NCBI GenBank assembly: GCA_963823505.1
Contig: CAWGLY010000008.1
Location: 373,924 to 437,923, forward strand
Length of the DNA stretch: 64,000 nt
Source: an uncultured Acidimicrobiia bacterium
GTDB lineage: Bacteria > Actinomycetota > Acidimicrobiia > Spongiisociales > UBA5794
Direction: 5' to 3'
Shown one piece after another: positions 59,310 through 64,000 of this stretch; the stretch's first letter is position 1; every line of letters starts with the position of its first letter. The position numbers were made by a program, and so were the translations under genes. The notes under the pieces were generated by a model. The model was not told where the DNA came from, did not search any database, and saw nothing but the letters and a program-made list of their open reading frames with translations.

Positions 59310-60008
59310 GTGTTTCCTTTCCTGCCCGGTCCTCTGCTGTTCGACCAGATCGGCGAGACCGATTGTGAGGCGATCGGTGACGGCTGGCTCGCCCAGCCTG
59401 CCAACGCGATCTCGAGCGGCGCCTACGTCCTGTTTGGTGCCTGGATCCTGGTCCACGCGTTCCGCAACCCCGCTGGAGAGCGCGCCACCCAGCTGACCTA
59501 CGGGGCCGTCCTGGCTGCCGTCGGGATCGGGAGCATTGCGTTCCACGGGCCGATGCCTGCGGGGGCACGTCTGCTTCACGACCTGACCATCGCCGCGGTC
59601 TTTGCGCTGATTGCAGCCAGGGGCGTCGGCACTCTGCGGCGGTGGGGGGAGACGAAGGTCCTTGGGCTGTTCGCCGGCATGACGACACTGATCGGTGTTG
59701 CGATGGCCATCAGCCCAGAAGGCGGAATCGCCGTCGCTGCGATCGTCGGTGTAGCTGCGTTGGGACTCGAAATCTACTTGTACCGGTCGGGTCGCCGCCA
59801 GCGTTTCTCCTCCACCCTGGTGCGCTGGCTGGCTGGAATCGTGGCCCTGCTCCTGGCGGGTGCCTTGATCAACGTGCTGGGTCGGACGGGTGGTCCACTC
59901 TGCGACCCGGACAGCGTGTGGCAGGGCCACGCTGCCTGGCACGTACTCACCGCCGCCGCCTTCGGGCTCTACGGCTACCGATCGTTTCTCACCGAGCGGT
60001 CCGTCTGA
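59310..60008 (+). CDS. 7-TM ceramidase-like / PAQR-like putative membrane hydrolase
   Basis: GTG at 59310, in frame inside the supplied 59106..60008 ORF. Candidate metal-site residues are spaced as in alkaline ceramidases: DCE...N.ISS, FHGPMP, HD, GHAAWHVLTAAA (HxxxH). Family assignment is low confidence. Confidence 0.45.
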   Translation: MFPFLPGPLLFDQIGETDCEAIGDGWLAQPANAISSGAYVLFGAWILVHAFRNPAGERATQLTYGAVLAAVGIGSIAFHGPMPAGARLLHDLTIAAVFALIAARGVGTLRRWGETKVLGLFAGMTTLIGVAMAISPEGGIAVAAIVGVAALGLEIYLYRSGRRQRFSSTLVRWLAGIVALLLAGALINVLGRTGGPLCDPDSVWQGHAAWHVLTAAAFGLYGYRSFLTERSV

Positions 60009-60086
60009 TCGGAGCGCCGTGGACGTCCGCACTCGCGCGCTCGGTATGCGACCATGCCAGCTCCTGAGCGTGGTCGAGTGGAGCGC

Positions 60087-61412
60087 ATGACCCAACCGAC
60101 GTCCCATTCTTCGCCACGTCCGCGAGCTTTCCAGCGGCTCATTGCGAGAGGCGCTCGCCTGCTGGCACGCGGCATCTACCGGTCCGTCGAGGTCGACAAT
60201 CCCGAGTCCGGGTGGAGCTGGCACAGCGCCATCCTCGTCGCCAATCACCCAACCGGCTTCTCCGATCCTGCCCTTCTCCTCGGGTTGCTGGAGCGCAGCC
60301 CGCGGTTTCTGGCCAAAGCGACGCTGTGGAACAACGGGGCCGCCGGATGGTTCCTCGATCACCTCGGTGCCATCCCGGTGTATCGCGCCGAGGACGGTTC
60401 GACGGACCGCAACGCCGAGATGTTTCGTGCTGCCTTTGAAGCGCTGCGACAAGGCCATTTGATCGCTCTGTTCCCCGAAGGGGGAGTGAGCGACACTCCC
60501 GCCATCCGCCCGATCAAGACGGGTGCCGCCCGCCTCGCCCTCGGCGCCCAGGCAGCCGGTGTCACGGGCCTACGGGTCGTACCGGTCGGCATCCATTTCG
60601 AGGACAAAGCGGCACTGCGCAGCCGGGCGTTCGTGCAAGTAGGTGACGTGCTCGATCTCGACACGGAGGTGCCGCCGCCTGCGGTTGGTGCCGACTCGAG
60701 AGACCCGGTGGATCGACTGACCGACGAGATCGAGGTGCGGCTGCGGGCGGCTGCTCCCGACTACGACACCGACGAGGAAGCGCGCGATCTTGCATACGCT
60801 GCGGAGATTGCCCTGGGCGAGCCTGGACCAAACCGGGTGTCATTTGCAGACCGGCAGCAGGCGGCCGCCCGGCTGGCACGAGCCGAGCCCGCGGTGCGTT
60901 CGGGCGCTCTCGATGCTGCATATCGCTACCGCGCCGCTGCGCAGCGTGTTGGTGTCGATGACCGTGACGTCTTGCTGGCCCAAGGCGGGGCGAAGCTCCG
61001 TCGCAGGCTGGCCGGGCTGCTGGTGATGCTGATCGTCCTGGCGCCGTTTGCCCTCGTGGGCGTCGTGATGAACATCGTTCCCGTCGGAGGGCTGCTGGTC
61101 GCCATGCGGCACAGCCACGACGCAATGACCGCAGCCACGGTGCGGATGGTGGCAGCCGTGGGTGCGTTCCTGATCGTGTGGCTGGTCTGGGCCGGATTGG
61201 CGTGGAGCGTTTGGGACTGGAGGATGGGTCTGGTGGCGATCATCGCAGCGCCCGTCTACGGCGCCGTCGCCCTCTTCACCATCGACCGAGCCGTCAGCTG
61301 GTGGCGCGACTGGACAGGGCTGCGCAGAGCCGGTCAGGTCGGCGGCAGGCTCGATGCGTTGCTTGCCGAGCGCGCCACGCTGGTCTCGACCCTCGAGGCG
61401 GCGATGGTATGA
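60087..61412 (+). CDS. 1-acyl-sn-glycerol-3-phosphate acyltransferase-family protein (PlsC-like) with extra C-terminal 4-TM domain
   Basis: Acyltransferase motif I NHPTGFSDP (HX4D). Motif III FPEGG. The C-terminal about 150 aa are hydrophobic. Confidence 0.75.
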   Translation: MTQPTSHSSPRPRAFQRLIARGARLLARGIYRSVEVDNPESGWSWHSAILVANHPTGFSDPALLLGLLERSPRFLAKATLWNNGAAGWFLDHLGAIPVYRAEDGSTDRNAEMFRAAFEALRQGHLIALFPEGGVSDTPAIRPIKTGAARLALGAQAAGVTGLRVVPVGIHFEDKAALRSRAFVQVGDVLDLDTEVPPPAVGADSRDPVDRLTDEIEVRLRAAAPDYDTDEEARDLAYAAEIALGEPGPNRVSFADRQQAAARLARAEPAVRSGALDAAYRYRAAAQRVGVDDRDVLLAQGGAKLRRRLAGLLVMLIVLAPFALVGVVMNIVPVGGLLVAMRHSHDAMTAATVRMVAAVGAFLIVWLVWAGLAWSVWDWRMGLVAIIAAPVYGAVALFTIDRAVSWWRDWTGLRRAGQVGGRLDALLAERATLVSTLEAAMV

Positions 61413-61657
61413 CCGGACCGTGGGCATGGATCGTGCTCGTGCTTGCCCTTGTCCCCGTAGTGGCGATCATGATCTGGGCGCTTGCCGACTTGGCGCGCCG
61501 CCCGGATGTCGCCGCTCGCCGCAAGGCCCTGTGGATGATTGTGGTTGTGGCGCTCCCGTTGGTGGGTGCCGTCCTCTACCTGGTATTCCGCCCGGCCCGC
61601 CGCGCCGACCTTCGCGGTTTTGGAGGCCCGAACCGCCCGCCCGGCGGTCGGGGGTGA
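61409..61657 (+). CDS. PLDc_N-domain small membrane protein (PF13396-like)
   Basis: ATG overlaps the PlsC stop (ATGA). 82 aa with two TM helices and a WALADLARRPDV...KALWMIVVVALPLVGAVLYLVF pattern. Confidence 0.6.
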   Translation: MTGPWAWIVLVLALVPVVAIMIWALADLARRPDVAARRKALWMIVVVALPLVGAVLYLVFRPARRADLRGFGGPNRPPGGRG

Positions 61658-61853
61658 CGGGGTAGACCCATCAACGGTGCAATCCAATGACGATGGTCGT
61701 AGGTGTGTTCGGTGTGGCGGAGTGGCCGGAGTGAGCCGGCGGGGGTGGTCCAAGTGGTAGTCCTCCCAACCTTCGACGACGGCAGAGAGGTAGTAGCCGG
61801 CCGAGTCTCGGAAGCGGAGGCCCCCCGATCGACAGCATCACCGAGAGCGGTGT

Positions 61854-62264
61854 TCATCTGAGGTTGAGACGCTCTGTCGGTTGGCCTGTGAGTCCGGCGA
61901 TGAGCTCGAAGTCCTTGTCGTGGTGTATCACGGTGAGTTGGGCCAGCTCTGCGGTGGCGGCGATGAGCAGATCTGGAATCGATGGGGCTCGATGCTCACC
62001 GCGATTGGCAAGGGCATGCTGCACTTGCACGGCCCGGTCTTCGATCCGTGGTGTCAGGTACTCGACCGGCATCGACGCCAAGGGGGGTTCCGAGAAACTG
62101 TTGTGCAGGTCTTGGGCTGAGCGTGCCGAGAAGCCGATCTCGAGGCGGGTCAGGGTCGAGATGCGCACCAAGCCTCGTTCGATACGAGCCGCCCAATGGG
62201 CAGCGTCGGAGCTCGTGGCGAGACGGACCAGGGCCGACTTGTCGATCAGCCAGCCGTCGGTCAC
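61854..62264 (-). CDS. vapC: PIN-domain ribonuclease toxin VapC
   Basis: 136 aa. PIN acidic residues (LIDKSAL, conserved D near the C-terminus in HHDKDFE). Confidence 0.8.
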   Translation of the reverse strand: MTDGWLIDKSALVRLATSSDAAHWAARIERGLVRISTLTRLEIGFSARSAQDLHNSFSEPPLASMPVEYLTPRIEDRAVQVQHALANRGEHRAPSIPDLLIAATAELAQLTVIHHDKDFELIAGLTGQPTERLNLR

Positions 62265-62494
62265 GACCAGGCTCGACCCATCACGTCGGGATCGTCGAGG
62301 TCGCCGAAACGCTCCGCAAGGAGTTGCAGCGACCGCACGGTCACCTCACCGGTGTCCGATTGGCTCTCGCGGGTCAATGCTCGCCTGAGATACTCGGTCC
62401 GGGACAGACCGGCCCGTTGCGCTTTGGAATCGATCGCTGCGACGACATCGTCAGGGACTTCTCGTATCAGGATGTCAGCCATCCATACCTCCAT
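62261..62494 (-). CDS. vapB: VapB-type antitoxin (ribbon-helix-helix / FitA-like)
   Basis: 77 aa with [36 protein letters not shown], an RHH motif. Overlaps the vapC start by 4 nt. Confidence 0.65.
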   Translation of the reverse strand: MEVWMADILIREVPDDVVAAIDSKAQRAGLSRTEYLRRALTRESQSDTGEVTVRSLQLLAERFGDLDDPDVMGRAWS

Positions 62495-62773
62495 GATATC
62501 TCATGATATCACATGAGGGTCCAAGAAGTGAGCGGCATGGCTGTCGTCGCTGGTTGATAGGCAGTCTTGATGCGCCGGGAACAACGCCGACACCAATGTA
62601 CCTGGCTCTACCGACAGCAGGAGAGCGGTGCATATTCGAAGTTGTGCACCACAGAGCTCCCCGCGGGGCTGCTCGACGTGAGCTTGACGGATGGTGCTGG
62701 TGGTGGGGGGGGGCATCACTGGAGCGGGTCCTTGGTCGGAACGGAGCGGGCTGTCCGCGGGTAGTCTGATCGC

Positions 62774-63004
62774 GTGACGTTCAACAGGATCAGTGTCGAC
62801 CCAGATCGGATGGGAGGAGTGCCGTGTGTGCGCGACCTCCGCTTTCCCGTCGCCACCGTTGTTGCCATGGTCGCCGACGGAATGAGCGTTGACGAGATCC
62901 TCGCCGAGCACCCTGACCTCGAGGCTGAGGATATCGCCGAGTGCTTGCGCTATGCGGCACTCGCTGTCCAAGAGCGTGAGCTTCCGCTTCGTCAGCCGGC
63001 GTGA
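62774..63004 (+). CDS. DUF433-domain protein (antitoxin-like partner of DUF5615)
   Basis: 76 aa. DUF433 core (GGVPCVRDLRFPVATVVAMVADGMSVDEILAEHPDLEAEDIAECLRYA). Confidence 0.65.
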   Translation: MTFNRISVDPDRMGGVPCVRDLRFPVATVVAMVADGMSVDEILAEHPDLEAEDIAECLRYAALAVQERELPLRQPA

Positions 63005-63377
63005 GGTTCCTGCTCGACGAGAACCAGTCGCCGCGTCTTGCAGATCACCTGGTGGAGGCAGGGCACGACGTCATCCATGTCCGGGACCTGCGACATGCGG
63101 ACGTCGCCCGATGCCAACATCCTCGGAGGTGGCTCGGGAGGATGATCGGGTTGTCGTGTCCGCAGACGTCGACTTCGGGGAACTGTTGGCGCGATCGAAT
63201 GCGGACCGACCGTCGATCCTGCTGTTTCGACGGCAGCAGCAACGACGAGCCCGCCAGCTCGCTGCATTGATCCTCGCCAACCTCGATGACGTGGCTGAGG
63301 ATCTGGAGTCCGGGGCAGTGGTGGTCTTCGACGCCGACCGCATCCGGGTTCGACGACTCCCGTTCCAGCCGGACTGA
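63001..63377 (+). pseudogene. DUF5615-family (PIN-like) toxin partner, apparently frameshifted
   Basis: The N-terminal half (MRFLLDENQSPRLADHLVEAGHDVIHVRDLRHADVA) is in the frame of ORF 63001..63270. The C-terminal half (EVAREDDRVVVSADVDFGELL...) is in the -1 frame, that of ORF 62889..63377. The switch lies near 63100-63120. The GTG start overlaps the DUF433 stop. Confidence 0.55.
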
Positions 63378-63587
63378 GCCGCTGAGCACGGTCGGTTGGC
63401 CGCTAGCGCTCGAATACCGGAGCGCTGGTGGATCGACGAGTACTGATCAATGGTGAACGGTTGACGCAGGCTTGGGCCAGCGTCGCCAACAATGCGGGAC
63501 GTGAACCCCGAGCACCCGTCAACGGGCACACACGCATACTCACAGTTGGGTCTTGCACCGTTGCTGGCGCTACCCGGTGACGCGGCG

Positions 63588-64000
63588 CTATTCGGCGAGA
63601 AGGCTGAGGGCGATGGCTTCCGCCAAGACGCCACAACGGAAGTCGTTGAGGTCCAGGCTCTCGTTGGGGCCATGCGGACGGCTGGTGGGGTCGGCGACTC
63701 CGGTGAGGAGGATTGCCGCTTCGGGGAACGCTTCCTGGAACGCGGCGACAAACGGGATGGAACCCCCGACGCCCATCTCCACCGTGTCCGTGCCCCAAGC
63801 CTCGCGGAACGCAGCCCGATAGGCGTCGTAGGCGCGCCCGTCGGTGTCGAGGGCGATCGGGTCGCCTGCCGCTCCTGGGGTGACGGTCACTTCGGCGCCC
63901 CAGGGAACGTTTGCTTCGAGATGTGCGACGAGGGCGTCCATCGCGCGGGCCGGATCGTCGCCGGGAGCCAGCCGGACGCTCACCTTGGCGCGGGCGGACG
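63588..64000 (-). CDS. M20-family peptidase/dipeptidase (C-terminal part; gene continues beyond window end)
   Basis: The C-terminal M20 region (GVGGSIPFVAAF...ILLTGVADPTSRPHGPNESLDLNDF) ends at stop 63588. The N-terminus lies beyond 64000. Confidence 0.6.
   Translation of the reverse strand, partial: SARAKVSVRLAPGDDPARAMDALVAHLEANVPWGAEVTVTPGAAGDPIALDTDGRAYDAYRAAFREAWGTDTVEMGVGGSIPFVAAFQEAFPEAAILLTGVADPTSRPHGPNESLDLNDFRCGVLAEAIALSLLAE

Overview
High-GC (about 68-70%) gene-dense bacterial chromosomal segment with about 65 protein-coding genes. Many adjacent genes are translationally coupled through ATGA/GTGA overlaps. I found no rRNA, tRNA or CRISPR array by eye. Gene starts were re-checked against the DNA, and many are GTG/TTG or internal to the supplied ORFs, so start positions are approximate. 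Coordinates on the minus strand include the stop codon at the low end.

Conserved core:
- A complete caa3-type cytochrome c oxidase operon: ctaC with a fused cytochrome c domain, ctaD, ctaE, a small subunit IV and a Bacillus-type CtaG.
- A compact principal-like sigma-70 factor, xseA/xseB, Lon protease, ValS and a TrmH-like methyltransferase.
- A ClC channel carrying CBS and TrkA-C domains, ManC, a SufS-like class V enzyme, AzlCD, a LOG-family protein and a YyaL-type thioredoxin-domain protein.
- An ECF sigma / anti-sigma / secreted protein / cytochrome c operon.
- A form-II (AYRGAGR-type) CoxSLM molybdoenzyme cluster with CoxD/CoxE/XdhC/CoxG accessory genes.

Unusual or accessory content:
1. 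Three toxin-antitoxin loci: RelE/Phd, VapBC, and a DUF433 plus frameshifted DUF5615 pair.
2. A three-gene envelope locus in which a BY-kinase-like domain with a degenerate Walker A is fused to a LytR-CpsA-Psr domain. It is flanked by two proteins sharing an unknown C-terminal domain, one of which has an N-terminal zinc ribbon.
3. An orphan HerA-like ATPase with a roughly 370-aa C-terminal coiled-coil extension, divergent from a MarR gene.
4. A secreted protein with a 45-bp tandem-repeat region and a roughly 35-residue poly-Asp tail, plus a Ser/Thr/Pro-rich paralog. The two bracket a two-component system, and two sulfotransferase genes lie nearby.
5. A co-directional membrane-lipid gene set: LPG-synthase-TM-like, ceramidase-like, PlsC and a PLDc_N small protein.
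6. A 103-bp element with 15-bp terminal inverted repeats, present as two tandem copies between valS and the lipid genes.
7. A HAIR-like (HspR-type) inverted repeat upstream of lon.
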